64,000 nt of DNA. Source: Octopus vulgaris. Its lineage: Eukaryota. Shown here piece after piece: positions 26,973-41,116 of this stretch. Position 1 is the first letter of the stretch; every line of letters begins with the position of its first letter. Under the pieces are notes generated by a model, which saw only the letters and a list, made by a program, of their open reading frames with translations, did no database searches and had not been told where the DNA came from. The stretch spans positions 4,960,001-5,024,000 of the forward strand of contig OX597830.1 in NCBI GenBank assembly GCA_951406725.2, written 5' to 3'. Made by a program: the position numbers and the translations under genes.

Positions 26973-27350
26973 GGTGCAGGCATGGCCGTGTGGTTAAGAA
27001 ATTTGCTTCCAAGCCATATGGTTTGGGGTTCAATCCTACTACACGGCCCTTTGGACGAGTCTCTTCTACTATAGCCCTGGGTTGACCAAAGTGTATAGGT
27101 GGACTTGATAGATGGTGACAGTAAGAAACCCATTGTCTGTGCATCTGTCTGTGTACTTGTGTCTCCTTGTCTTAACACTGTACACTAGTTGTAAATCACC
27201 ATCACACAAGCAAACTCCAGCCATGAATAAATATCATCTTACTTGGAAACAAGTGGAGGTTGGCAACGGGAAGAGCATCTAGCCACAGAAACCTGCCTCA
27301 ACAAATTCTATCTGACCATGCAAGCATGGAAAAGTGGACGTTAAGATGAT
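26973..27350 (+). mobile_element. SINE family B head joined to RTE-like tail
   Basis: catggccgtgtggttaag..ggttcaatcc head; ends catgcaagcatggaaaagtggacgttaagatgat as in family C. Confidence 0.75.
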
Positions 27351-27572
27351 CTTCATTAAAGTTAACAAATTCACAGAAGTAGCCTGATTTCAGCACAAAA
27401 TTTGGAAACACTTTTGGAGGAAAATCGATCTTAAGGATGAACGCAAGTAATGCATGTCTAAGTCCTCTTACATTAACTGCCACACTTCGGCTGACTGAGA
27501 CAGTGAATGGTAGAATTTGTAGAGTAATGGAATAAATACCTAGTCATGATTATTTTGATCCCTTTCTATTAT

Positions 27573-27710
27573 AGGTGCAGGTGTCGCTGTGTGGTAAGAA
27601 GCTTGCTTCCCAACCACATGGTTCTAGATTCAGTCCCACTGCAAAGCACCTTGGACAAGTGTCTTCTGCTATAGCCTTGGGCTGACCAAAACTGAAAGAA
27701 GCTTATCGTA

Positions 27711-27770
<60 letters not shown>

Positions 27771-27970
27771 TGTGTGTCTGTGTTTATTCCCCCACCATCA
27801 CTTGACAACTGATGTTAGTGTGTTTACGTCCCTGTAACTTAGCAGTTTGGCAAAAGAGACCAATAGAGAAAGCACTAGGCTTACAAAGAATAATCCTGGG
27901 ATTGATTTGTTTGACTAAAGGTGGTGCTTCAGCATGGCCACAGGGAAATGACTGAAACACATAAAAGAGC
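27573..27970 (+). mobile_element. SINE family B with internal (TA)n
   Basis: gctgtgtggtaagaagcttgcttcccaaccacatggttc..ttggacaagtgtcttc..(TA)n..gactgaaaca. Confidence 0.85.
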
Positions 27971-28237
27971 ATTCTAAACATAATTCTTGCCAGGGTTAAC
28001 TTAGTGTTTCATCTTTTTCTTTTTAATAAGTACTCAACATGAACTGTGAAAAGTATTTGATTTAATCAACTGTACTTCTTCCATAAAATTTGCACATCCC
28101 ATAAAAGTTGAGAAATTTCATCCTAGAGCTAACCAATAAAACAGAATAAGGGTAAAACAAATCTTATAATACTGAGATAATGTGAAAGAATCTGCTCTTT
28201 TTTAATTTTTCTCTGAGGACATTTTTGAAAATTTTAA

Positions 28238-28624
28238 CTAGCAGTATCGCCCGGCGTTACTCGGGTTTGTTTCGACCATTTAGAACTGAATTTTTGAAAA
28301 TTAAAAATTTTGCATTATATAGCTTGTTATTCTCTTTAAGTAAACATTTCCCTGGTTGAAATACACCGAAAAATGGTGACACAGCAGTCAAAAAAGTTGT
28401 AAAAAATAGGGATTTTCATAGAATAAAAGCACCTTTTTGATGTAATTAACTTTTGGTGTTAACATGGTCAAATTTGAATTTTTCTTCTACAGAATGAAGA
28501 GCAAGCCTTCTTCTATCATACTCTTAATTTTGGTCAACTTAAGCCGCAGGGTCTCGGCGGAGATAGTGTTAGTTGAAGGCTACTAAACCTGCCATACACA
28601 GACAACTTCAGCTTTATATATAGA
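28238..28624 (-). mobile_element. Non-autonomous Helitron, full length
   Basis: Minus strand begins TCTATATATAAAG and ends cccgagtaacgccgggcgatactgCTAG (subterminal hairpin + CTAG); other copies at 51718 and 52999. Confidence 0.8.
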
Positions 28625-28712
28625 AAAATTATATAATTATGAAAGATGCACACTCTTATTAAATCTTTGGAAATCGCATTTACATTATGTTATAATGTTT
28701 GCCCTATTGCAG

Positions 28713-28908
28713 CTGGTCCAGCATGCCCACCTTTTTCATCATTGAAAGAAAGCAGTCCATGTCCATCAAGGCTCGAGTGTAGAACATTTTCATGGGTAGC
28801 AATGGCTTGGAACCAATGTATACTTGGACAAAGTGTCACCTGTGGAACAGGACAGCAACGTCGTGAAGTCAAGTGCAAGAGTGAAGGACGAGACGTTGAT
28901 GACAGCTG
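28713..28908 (+). CDS. THSD7A: THSD7-like exon 4 (196 nt, phase 1 to 2)
   Basis: ttgcag acceptor, gtaagt donor; SGPACPPFSSLKESSPCPSRLECRTFSWVAMAWNQCILGQSVTCGTGQQRREVKCKSEGRDVDDS. Confidence 0.92.
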
Positions 28909-29249
28909 GTAAGTATCAATGCAACTTCATTGATTTTCAGCAACAAGAAATCATCCACATAGTAATCTATGACATGGACGCAAGTTTTCTTTTTAATTTT
29001 TTTTTCACATCAAAGACAATTTAAACTCCTTTCTACAGTATAATTTTATCAACAGAACCAGCACTGACACAGCACTAAATTCCCTATCAATCAAGCACGT
29101 GATCTATCCTCAATTCCTGTTTTTCCTTTCATCTTTCCTCTTGTACACAACTCATATCTAAATGTCACTGCTCCAAAATCTCTACAATCCCTCTAAACCT
29201 TCCTTTCATTATGCCATTGCTCATGGTGGAAGCTTTTATTTTCTACAGC

Positions 29250-29587
29250 ACTTGTGCCCGTGCTAGTGGGGTGCCAAGAGCACCATCCGAGCAGGATCGT
29301 TACTAGTGTCGTCTTACTAGCACCTGTGCCGGTAGCATGTGTAAAAAGATTCGAGCGAGGTCATTGCCAGTACCACCTGACTGGCCTCCATGCAGGTGGC
29401 ACGTAAAAAGTACCCACTATACTCTCGGAGTGGTTCGCGTTAGGAAGGGCATCCAGCTGTAAAAACTCTGCCAGATCAATATTGGAGCCTGGTGCAGCCA
29501 TCTGATTCACCAGCCCTCAGTCAAAATCGTCCAATCCATGCTAGCATGGAAAATGGACGTTAAATGATGACGATGATGATGATGATG
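29250..29587 (+). mobile_element. Family C retroposon (RTE-like 3' end, (GAT)n tail)
   Basis: gttaggaagggcatccagctgta..catgctagcatggaaaatggacgttaaatgatgacgatgat. Confidence 0.85.
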
Positions 29588-31249
29588 AAAGGAAGAGTTT
29601 GTGTTCTTAGTCTCAAACATGCCACCTGCCTACCTACCCCACCACTATGCACAGCCCTAACAACATATGAGTTAGTTGTAGACATGCAATAAAAATTTCT
29701 CATTTTATTTGTAACAGTCAGGATTTTCACATGGCTTTGTAGCCCTTCTTATCACTGGCATAGACTTAGTACATTTTAATAATGTCATCAATCCAGTACC
29801 AGACACGTCTGCTTAGACTGAAATGTTGCGTTTCCACTCTGTCAGTCTCTATTCAAACTCCTACACAGCACTAAATTCTCAATACACTGGACTGTGTTTA
29901 GTTCAAAGTCACTGTTCTCCTGATCTGGTTGAATTTAGTACGACTAAAGATTTACTATGACTAAAGATTTCATTCATATACTATTCTCTTTAGTCAGGAT
30001 CTGCATCTCAAACAACCCAAATCAGGACTTCACAGGCAAACATGTAGAACCTCACTTATTAAGATGGCTTGAATGGCGACTGATTTTATTTGTCAGGTCA
30101 GATAATTGGTCAAAATAGAGGGTGGGGAAAATGTTAGCATAAACTGATTCTGTTTGTCAAGACAGCAGTTAAATCCTCAGTCAGCTGGTGATAGGTAGCT
30201 TTTCACTAGAAAGAGTAGTTAGAAAAAAAGAGGAAATTCATTAAAGAAGTCTAGTTTGGTGTAAAAGATAATTAGGGTTAATTTAGTTTCTTTTTGTGTT
30301 GCTACAATTCTGCATGTGTGTGTGTGTGCGTGTGTGAGTGTGTACACATTCTGTATAGACTGTATAGTCTATAAAAAATACTATATTTATATTCAACGTG
30401 GCATCTAAATAGTCTATAAAAAGACTATATTGGGGATTGTATAAACACTATATTTATAGAGTATATTGAGACTATGCACAGAAAATATGAAGAGTATATT
30501 TATATCTAAAATCTATATTTATTTGAGAGACAACTGAAACAAGATGCCATTGAATCTATACATGAAAACTTATCACTGCATACAATGCAGTATGTCTTCT
30601 TAGCCAAGCGACTACTTAACTCTACTTGGACTCTTATTAGGTCATGCCCTCGTCTCTCACAAACACACCACCTTACACCTAAAGATTTACACATTCTCTA
30701 AGGAAGAAGCTGCAGTAATGATTGTACAAACTAATTAACAGTTTTTTCCTCCACAATAACAATGTACTGTTTTATGATATTTATAAAAGCAAGCTTATTC
30801 TTCATGTTAAGATTATTCTGAAGTGAAACCTAGATTAATTTTCAGCGTAAAGGTCAAATGATCTTGAAGAAAACTACGATGATTGTTCAACCTCCTCAGA
30901 CTATTAGCAGCTCAGCCTTAATATACTTGACCTCTGACATTTTGTAAAGTCAAACACAATAGAAATGGGCAGAGTGGCATGGAGAATAGAGACTATGGTA
31001 GCCCAGTCATGACATAAAACCTTATAAACATCCTGCCTGATACTGTGTGGTACTGATCCAACAAATATTGATGAGGTTTAGCTGTCACTGGGCATGTGTT
31101 TTATAATGGGTACTGTAATGGCTGTGAATAATTTCTCACAGTTACATATTTAAGAATCAGCTCCTTAGGCAAGTTTGTGATTCCTCAGTGGCTGAGTGAC
31201 AATATTTATATTGAAGTGGATATTTAGACCAAGGATGGAATATTTTTGG

Positions 31250-31420
31250 TAGAGCTGTGTGGTTGAGAAATTTGCACAGCAATCATGTGATTTTGGGGTC
31301 AGTCACATTGCACAATACCTTGGGCAACTGTCATTTACTATCACCCAAGGCTAACCAATGCTTTGAGTAAAATCGGTACATGGGAACTGTATTAAGACTA
31401 TTGCGTGTGTGTGTGTGCAC
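31250..31420 (+). mobile_element. Degraded SINE family B
   Basis: gctgtgtggttgagaa..accttgggcaactgtc. Confidence 0.6.
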
Positions 31421-31559
31421 GCATGCATATGTGCATTTGATTGTTGTGTAAATGTTACTACTTCACTTGTTACCACTTGAACAAACATATAGGGACACTG
31501 ATATTCTTTCTTGAGATTATGATCAGTTGCTCTGCATTTTCAAAAACTTGGGAAATATA

Positions 31560-32803
31560 TACATAAAACCTCATGTAATTTATATGCTTTTTATTGCAAA
31601 AATAAAAATAAACTTTAGCGGGTGTGTAAATTACATGAGTGGATCATTTCCAGAACTTTTTAGAAATTATTTTTGTTGAAAAAAGACTTACAAAATGTAA
31701 ACATTTGTACTGGAAGTTGACTCATTTAATGTCAGAATAGGTTTTTACAAAAAAAAATAATGGCTTAAATATAGTGAAGTTGACTTTTATTTATGCTGGA
31801 TGGTATAATGCTTCATTTTTCTGTATAAATTTACTAAAACCATTAAATGGTTAACTACTTTTTGAAGTCTGATGTTCATGCTAGTAAAAACAATCTGGAC
31901 CATATTTTACACTGCTTGGAGTGTCTACCAATTGCACTGGAGTACCATTGTGACATGGTATATTCCTGACTGAAAAAATGTAATGATATGGATAATCTTG
32001 ATTGTATGTTTTTATTTTTGTCTGTTTATTACTAGGCACAGTTTTAAGTTTGTCCTATTGTTTGTGCCAATTTCAAACATTGGCTTCATTAACATTAAAA
32101 TGCCTTCTGGCAGCTCTATTGCCACATTCAAATGCAGATTCAACATATTTAATTTCTCCTTCGCAGTAAATGATTCATAAGTTCTGCCCCTACCAGCAAT
32201 AACGGTAGTGACACATTTTAAAATTTGCTTGACGTTTTATAAGTGTGAAAGAGATTAAAATTTCAATACTGCATATCAAAGGTTCTGACAAGAATAGGCA
32301 GTAACGAATTCTGTTTAGATGATCAGTTTGATCGGTCCCCTTCCTCTGTAAGTTGAGTAAAGTGTCATCCAAGCTGATGTTTATTGGTAATTAAACTTAA
32401 TTTGCAACACCTGTGTGTATTTATCAGTTTTGTTTTTTGTTGGTAATTCTTATCAACAACTTTTCCTGTGATTGTGATTTGAGAAGATATACATCAGTAC
32501 ATAAACTCTTGTGGGCAAGAAATGTAAAATAAAGTTTATCATAAACAACACAAACACTTTCTAATTTAATAGCTTTCAATGTGATACCTGTTAAACAGAA
32601 ATTATTTTTATTTAATGAAAATTCAATAAAATCTAAGCTAAATACAACTAAATTAAAAACCTTTTTTCCTGATTATATTGGCAATTCTGAAAACTTTTGA
32701 GTGCAAATTTTAGATGAGTAGAAGCTTTTTTTTAACAAATTTTATCCTGAAAATCACCTGCATAAATTACACAGGTGATCAAATTATATGGGTTTTTACT
32801 TTA
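31560..32803 (-). mobile_element. Internally deleted pogo-like (Brinker DNA-binding domain type) DNA transposon
   Basis: Minus strand ~32194-32020 reads GRGRTYESFTAKEKL / YVESAFECGNRAARRHFNVNEANV*NWHKQ*DKLK; imperfect terminal inverted repeats (tacataaaacctcatgtaattt vs aaattatatgggtttttacttt) and subterminal taaattaca repeats. Confidence 0.7.
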
Positions 32804-33482
32804 AATCTCTTACCTGAAAACCAGGTGAGGGTTAGTGGCAAAAAATCAGTTCATACAAAACATGCTAACATGTTCACATTGACAGTGAACAAATGAGCAA
32901 TATTAGCTGATGACATACAAAATTTATAATTAAACACCAAATTTAATGAGTAATCAACTTTTTACTAACAAGTTACAAAATGTCAAAGAACAACCTATTT
33001 TAACTACCAGTGTTCAGAGAAAATGGTAAATGGAACCAAAGAGGAAGTTGTTTTTTTTTTCTTTTTTAAATCCAAGTAGACATTTTAATTGGACTGAAAA
33101 TTCTATAAGCATCCTTTGTCTGCATGGTCGTTAATAAGAATATCAAAACACAGTCATCTTTAAACATCATTTGTGATGTGTGCTTCCAGTTCCTAGTTTT
33201 AATGATAATTTTGTAAGATCAACAGAATTAGCTTTACTGTCTTGCAGATGCCATATTGGTTAAAATTGGGTAATGAGATAAATTGGGACAAAATATTTCG
33301 ATGCCTCTTTTCTAAGTACCACATAACTTGTCATCACTGTTAAGCTTCACATTTTTCTTTTATCAAAGTCATAATTAGTCAGCAGCCACAAGAATTGTGC
33401 TGCTACCAAAATACCATCAGATCCAAATTTTAACCGTGTCTATAGCTTTCACAAGATCATATTGATTGATAAGGCCTAAAGA

Positions 33483-33699
33483 CTCTTTTACTCTTTTACT
33501 TGTTTTAGTCATTTGACTGCGGCCATGCTGGAGCACCGCCTTTTGTCGAGCAAATCGACCCCGGGACTTATTCTTTGTAAGCCCAGTACTTATTCTATCA
33601 GTCTCTTTTGCCAAACTGCTAAGTGACGGGGATGTAAACACACCAGCATCGGTTGTCAAGCAATGCTAGGGGGACAAACACAGACACACAAACACACAC

Positions 33700-33746
<47 letters not shown>

Positions 33747-33909
33747 TATGACAGGCTTCTTTCAGTTTCCGTCTACCAAATCCACTCACAAGGCATTGGT
33801 CGGCCCGGGGCTATAGCAGAAGACACTTGCCCAAGATGCCATGCAGTGGGGCTGAACCCGGAACCATGTGGTTGGTTAGCAAGCTACTTACCACACACCC
33901 ACTCCTGCG
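33483..33909 (-). mobile_element. SINE family B, well preserved
   Basis: Reverse complement of 27573-27970, CpG-rich. Confidence 0.88.
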
Positions 33910-35704
33910 ACTAATCATGAGTATTTGGTATCAGTCTATCTTATGAACTCAATGCCCTTGACTCGATCATATGGTGAAGAGTAATGCCTTACTAAACAAA
34001 CTAACACCATTGTGTATGGGGGTCTTGGGTGTAGGTGTGTCTGTCTGGCATATGTGCTGTAAAACTTGAAGAGTTGCAATGTTACTATAAAATGATAATG
34101 AAGTCGGGGTTACATGTATGGATGTACAAATATTTGTATGTCTGTCTGTCTGTCTGTCCAGTATATCTGCTTTAATAGTCACAATGTTGCCACAAATCAA
34201 AATAATATGTAAGTCACATATTATTCCTACAGTATTGGTTTATAACCATAAAATATAATCCATGGAATGTGACAAAGTTTCATTTATTCACTCTCAGAAT
34301 TATCAGTTATTATAGATTTTATTTACATTAAGCTCAAGCATAAATTTAACCAAAGTGGAATGGATTCTCTATAATTAATTAAAACATCCTTATTTTGTGT
34401 CTTTCACTAACTAGTCATTAAGTTCATGTAATTCCAATGTGTTAACATTGGTCTTCTTCAGTATATCTTATTGCATTATTGTTTTTCCAATATTTTCCCC
34501 ATTTTTGACTTATTCCCAAATCGTTGAACAAGAAATTTTATATTCTCAATATGTTGTAAAAATACACAAGTGACATTGCATTCAACAAACAAAACAAACA
34601 CACATTCACACATGCAAATGCACATATATGAGTTTGCGCATGTGTGTAGTGTGCACAGTGGTATATTAAAACATACTAAATAACACAAAATGACAACAGC
34701 ATTTAGATTCCCAGACACTAAATTATTGATTGGGATCTCTCATAAGAAGGGGACAAAGTTTTAAAGTTTGAAATCTTCGAACTGATCTTAAAAAAATTGT
34801 CTGAAAAATCCAAATCCAAATAGAAAAGAATATTCTTGCGTCTTTAACAATGTTATAAAAGACAGTAATTTACACATTTCTTTGGAATTATAATGGATTA
34901 GTCACATTTTTAAAGTTTTAATATGTAACTTGTGATGTCATAAAATTTTGCTGTTGAAGATGATAAAATACTAATGTTTCCTTTTAGATTCCAAACACAT
35001 CAATATGAATACATAAGCCAAAAGGAATCAATGTTATATTGCTATTATATATTCAGAACAAACTTGAACACATACATACACTCACAAATGCATACAGACG
35101 TTTGTGTATAAATGTGAGTAGATATCTAATGGATATCTAACTAAATGTCTTTGGTTTTCTTCTTCTTCCAGTCTTTCACCCATCAAGTTTATGCAAAAGC
35201 AATAATTTCTGGGGGGATATATAGCATGATACCTTTACTGCCCAGCCATTCTCATAAGCTTTTTGTGTTCCATCTTAGAAATAAATTCACATTATACAGA
35301 GACAATAAGCAGTATCATTGTTGCAAACATGCCAGAGAGCATTACATGTGCTATAGCCATGAGCCACTTAAGCTAGTAGATATAGTTAGATTAGGCTAGG
35401 TAACCATGGTTACCTAACCTTGTTTAGGTTGGTGTCCCAGCTATGTCATTATGACTAGAACTACACTGGACAGTAATCCTTGACAATAGTTACAAATTGT
35501 TGAAGATTTTGGAGTATGAAGTAACAGTGTGTATGTGGTATCTTCATGTACATAATAATGTTCATCCATCACTGTCAACAATGGACCAGGACATCACATG
35601 GGAGAAGATGGGTCACGGCACATCTGGCTATGGCCAATCAGGCTGATGCCTGCTGGGAAGGTTCTGCTGCAGATGGTCTGCTAGGAATGAAGGCAAGGAG
35701 TTAG

Positions 35705-35933
35705 GCGGCGAGCTGGCAGAAACGTTAGCATGCCAGGTGAAATGCTTAGCGGTATTTCGTCTGCCATTATGTTCTGAGTTCAAATTTGGCTGAGGTTGAC
35801 TTTACCTTTCATCCTTTCGGGGTCGATAAATTAAGTACCAGTTACGCACTGGAGTCAATGTAATCAACTTAATCCCTTTGTCTGCCTTTGTTTGTCCTCT
35901 CTACGTTTAGCCCCTAGTGGGCAATAAAGAAAT
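35705..35933 (+). mobile_element. SINE family A with 10-bp target-site duplication
   Basis: aaggagttag at 35695-35704 and 35934-35943. Confidence 0.9.
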
Positions 35934-37376
35934 AAGGAGTTAGTTCTGGACTTGTGCAACTCACAATTTCTTTGTACTCTTGTGATCTTATTCTGGTCAT
36001 AGAAGGTGGCACCCCTGTTGGTGCAGCTATGCCAGGCAGGGTAGTTCTGTGATTGCAACATACATACATACTTGTATGCATACATACAATAAATACTTAC
36101 ATGCATAAGTTGGCATTAGGAAGGGAAACTAGCCTAACAAATCAAGCTAAAAGCGATATTGGTGCATAACGCTTTCTTCCAAATTGTCATGTCCCATCAA
36201 GCTGTTCATTCCATGCCAGCAAAGAAATTGGATATTAAATGATGCTCATGAACTTCTAAAATTTGTAATGTATATTACAAACCATGCAATGTACTAATGT
36301 GTAGTGAAATGTGAATGCCCATGAAGATAAAATTGGTAAGAATGGCCACAATTCATAAAAATAGATGTTTCATATTGTTAGGTTTCTAATTAGTGCCTAA
36401 TCCCATTTCATTTATTATCTGTTATTCAGGCACAGATTTCTTTGAATCTGATTTGACACGACAGTTCCTATTTATGGTTTTTACATTTCCTCATTTATCA
36501 ATTGATAACATTTTGAATATTACATTTCTTTTGCTCATTCAAAACATATCTCATACACTGTAAGAATTATTTTTTGCAGTCACTTTTGATCAAATTCTGT
36601 CAGCATTTATATGTTGAAAATATTCTATATTAAGCATCCTTTATGATCATTCAAAATATTAAGTTACAAGAATTCCTTCAGAGCAGATTATTATTAATAA
36701 ATTTATTATGGATTCCATATTCTGGTAAATTTACAATGTTTCTGTAAATAACCATTTCAAAAGGTTTATAAACTAAAAATGATCTCCCTCTTTCTCGCTC
36801 TTATCTATTTTACAATCTAGGTATAGAAATTATTTTTAATCACAACTTTGTGTATTTATCTTTAGACCAGATTCTCTCATAGTTCTTACTACTAACAAAC
36901 GAGTAAAAGAGATTTTGTTGTTTAGTCAGGAAAATGGTTAGCATCCATGTCCTTTCCATAGTCCCCCAAGACTTCTGGCTGGGTAGAAGGAAGCAATCCA
37001 CAGAATGAAAACCTGACCCAAATCCATGCAACAAAGTGGACTCATCCACTAAAGTTGCCCAAGGTCTAGGTGATGGTGGTGTTAAAATGAACAACAAAAT
37101 GAATTCCTCCACTAAAATCATCCAAAGCCAGTGATAGAGTTACGTTGGACAACATAGCAGACTCTACTTTTTACATACAAGCAAGGCTTGGAGAAGAATC
37201 CTTGGCTGGCACCTTACTTGATGCCAATCCTTACTTGCTTTTCAAGAGGGATCTTTATTCCATTTTTTGCATTTGTTGAAACACTGCAGGGTAGCTTTGC
37301 TTACAGGAGTCATGAATAACATCACTGCCCAAGGAATGTTAAGTGAAGACAAAGGAAACCAAACACATGTATGTGT

Positions 37377-37399
<23 letters not shown>

Positions 37400-37408
<9 letters not shown>

Positions 37409-37578
37409 ACACACACACACACATGATGGGCTTCCATACAGTTTCTATCTAATTCTACTCTCAAAACATTAGTCAGCTCAAGGTTCGAACAGAAGACATT
37501 TGCTCAAGGTGCCATTCTGTTAGTTGGAACCCTTAACCATGTGGCTTCAAATTGAACATCTTGACCACATAATCATGC
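37400..37578 (-). mobile_element. SINE family B head, degraded
   Basis: agaagacatttgctcaaggtgcca..aaccatgtgg. Confidence 0.65.
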
Positions 37579-37584
37579 CATAAT

Positions 37585-37815
37585 CAGGGCCAGCATTAGG
37601 AAATGTGGGGCTCAATTAGAGAATTGTCAGTGGGGTCCTCTACTTTGCAAAAGCTGGAGATTGATACATTGTTTTGTATAGTACACCAGTCCTAGCCAAA
37701 AATTGAAAGCACATATGAAAGTTTTAATGTTTTATTACAAGTCCAGAGAGTACATGGAGCCCTTTCATTGAGCAAATTTGAATAAATCTGTCAAACTGAC
37801 TTAAAACCAGCCCTG
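37585..37815. mobile_element. hAT-type MITE, 231 bp
   Basis: Termini cagggccagcatta / ttaaaaccagccctg; partly matching 8-bp flanks gccataat / atcgtaat. Confidence 0.6.
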
Positions 37816-39508
37816 ATCGTAATCCTGTATGTGGTAATTAGAGCTCAAGTCATGCTATATTGCTCAAGAATTATTGATGTTCACTTTCTAATATGTTTAT
37901 CAATGTAAAAGAGGAACAGTTCTTGGTATAGGTTCAATGTAACAAATTTACAATGAAGCTAAACTTTGCTGACAAGACCAAAATAAAGCTGATTGTCTCA
38001 GTAACAAAAAATGATTAAACAAGGAAATGTTATATTTTTTCTCTCTCTGCATATTTTATGTGACTTAAGCATTTCTAATGCCCTGCTCATTAAATATATT
38101 GATAGCTAATTAACTAAAGATTTACATAATCTAATTAAGTAGAAGCAAGCAGAAAATGATTAGATCAAAAGTGGCTTCAGATATATTCCTGATATATGTA
38201 GTCAGAAATCTAGGACTGCTGTAATTAAATAATAATAATAATAATAATTTGATAATCATTTTTGCTTTTATATATGAATGAACTTGGTCCATTTATATGT
38301 GTTTTTTTAATATTCTTTTATTTGATTGTTTCTGTAGATTTGAGTTTTGTTGTTATCCATCCATAACTTTCAGTCAAAGCTAATACAATTATCAGTTAAC
38401 TTTATTTTTGTCCAGAATATGGAAATTGCAATCTCAAGGAAGGTCATGCAAAAATTGATAAATATTCTTACTCCGCAAAGCCATCTTTGTGAATGTGTGT
38501 GTTCTTTTCTCTCTCTCTCTCTTTCAAACACACAACAACCATTCTCTCAACCATCTTTTGTCCTTTCTCACTAATATGTTAAAGTAATCGTTAGCATTTA
38601 CCAAATAGAGCTACGTCCTTGTCATATCATACCGTTTTCTGCTTCCACAAACATAATATTGAATTACAAGACACTAAAACCAGGACACCATTTTCAAAGT
38701 GAAACAAAGACGACAAAATAATATCGTGAGAATTTAAAAATCTCAAACAAAGCAAACAAACATCTGTGATGACATCGATTTCGTTCACTTTTCTATAGAA
38801 CACATTGCAAAATCTCATTCCTGTTAGTCTTTCATTTATATTGTTCTTTTGTGAAACATTGTTTTCCTCGTGGCTTTTATTGATGCCCAAAAGCCAGAAG
38901 ATAGAATTAAAATGTTATGAACATATCAATCGAATGACTACCAGATATTTTCTGCAGGAAACTTGCAATATGTTACCTTCCAGGGCAGTTAAATAGCAGT
39001 TTCTTATTTATCTTTGCGTACATGTCTTTAAGTGATGTATGAAAAGGTGCACAGGAATTCAATCATCATTCCATTACATGAGTAAGGATATTTGTTCAGT
39101 TTACTGTTTGCCAGAAACCATTTTGAAACTACTGAATATTTCAGTGCATACGACCATCTAAGAAAGGAAAAAAAGATATTCTGAATAAATGTATTTTGAT
39201 TATCATAATTGTATTATGGCGAATAATGTGTGCTTAGGTGTGTGTGTGTGCGTTGGAGGTTTAATAAAACAAGGAATTGCTGAAATATACATGTCATACC
39301 CTTTCTATATACTGATACTCACAAGATTTTTACCTGCCTGCTTTGCATTCTGTGTGAGTGTGTAATACCAGACATGTATGCACAGACACATGCATACATA
39401 CAACTACCAAAAAATATGAGTGGCTTGTGCACCTATGCAAATTGTAAACAATGTGAAACCAAATGTGAAGCTTCTTGTGTCATATATATATATGTATATA
39501 TATATATA

Positions 39509-39698
39509 TTTCTTTATTGCCCACAAGGGGCTAAACATAGAGGGGACAAACAAGGACAGACAAAGGAATAAAGTCGATTACATCGACCCCAGTGCATAAC
39601 AAAGTTGACCTCGGCGGAATTTGAACTCAGAATGTAGTGACAGACGAAATACTGCTAAGCATTTCGCCCGACACGCTAATGTTTCTGCCAGCTCACCG

Positions 39699-39701
<3 letters not shown>
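39509..39701 (-). mobile_element. SINE family A with internal deletion, followed by a TA/TG tract to about 39915
   Basis: Reverse complement of family A lacking the cctttcatcc core. Confidence 0.85.
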
Positions 39702-39751
<50 letters not shown>

Positions 39752-41116
39752 ATGTAATATTCTGTTTTATATGTATGTGTGTGCATGTGTGTGTATATGC
39801 ATGTATGTATGTGCATATATATATAAGTATATATGTGTGTGTGATTTTATATGCATGCATGTGTGTGAATGTGAGTCCATATATTTTTATTTATATGTAT
39901 GTATGTGTGTGTGCATAATTGTGGATAGATACCACACAAGATACGGATTTATGGTTGAAATCCATGGAGTAAATTTTCAAACGTTCACACCTGGGTATCT
40001 TTCCTACCATTTTAGATTATACTTATGTTATTGTTAGTTCTGCTCCTTTTAATCCCTCCCAGCCAAGGGGATAATGTAGTGCAACCCAATATGAAGTCTG
40101 TAATAAAGCTTCATTTACTGTTTTATAGAGATAAGTAGAGCCAGACAATGCTGCCATGGCTACTGATGTTAAGAAGGAACTGAGAACCTCAGCCAAAAGC
40201 TAATATAATATAGTGAATGGGATCCATATTCATCGATCCATAAAAAAATTGCCAGCCTACTAAAAAAAAATAGATGTAAAACAAATGATTATGACATGAA
40301 AAATTGTTCTTTTTTTGTAATGTGTGTAATGCTTATATTCACAGACAAACCCCAGAAACCATCCATCGAACCAGCCAACCATCCTCCATTTGTCAGGTGG
40401 AGCTGAATTGATTTTATTCAACCCAGGAGGAAACACAAATAGTTATGAACATGAATTCTATGCCTCTGCAAAGAATCTAGTTTGAATCATACCATTTATT
40501 ACTCAGAACAATAAACAAGAATAGGGATGAGGGTTACAGATAAAAACCCTGATATGAGCAATATGATATCGTGTTGCAATAATTAGCCTTTTCCCTGCAT
40601 TATCATCAAAGCTAACGGAGCACTTACTGACATGTAGGGTGTTATTAATATGACAAATATTGCACCACATGATGTATTTTTACATCACTGCAACTAACAT
40701 TGGTACCAAGTCATGGAAGAACAGTCCATGTAACTGACTCCAGTATGACTAATACTTATTCCGTTTACTTGCACTTGATATGTAAAGACTGTCTTGGCCT
40801 ATGTTTGTATTTAAGCACAATGCCTAGGGATGGATTGAAATCTGCAAGTTCTTTTGAGGGTGGACTTTACATATTTCACCATCTATTGCTCCACATCCTT
40901 GCCAACAAGCTTAATGAAAGTAAGAAAGAATATTAAGGAATAAAGAAGACAAATTTTTAGGATAATATTAAAAGTTGAGTTTAAGACTCTTGAAAAAAAT
41001 GCAGAGGAGAATCGGTCTGGATTATTTTATAGCAATAAATCAGTGATGAAACATGAAAAACAAAAAATGTTTTGACATTTAAAATAACTGCAACCTTTTT
41101 AATATCAGATTTGGAT

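Noticed and set aside
35397-35416. Perfect 20-bp palindrome taggtaaccatggttaccta with nearby ttagg motifs
   Set aside because: Isolated and short; not a telomeric array and no partner terminus found
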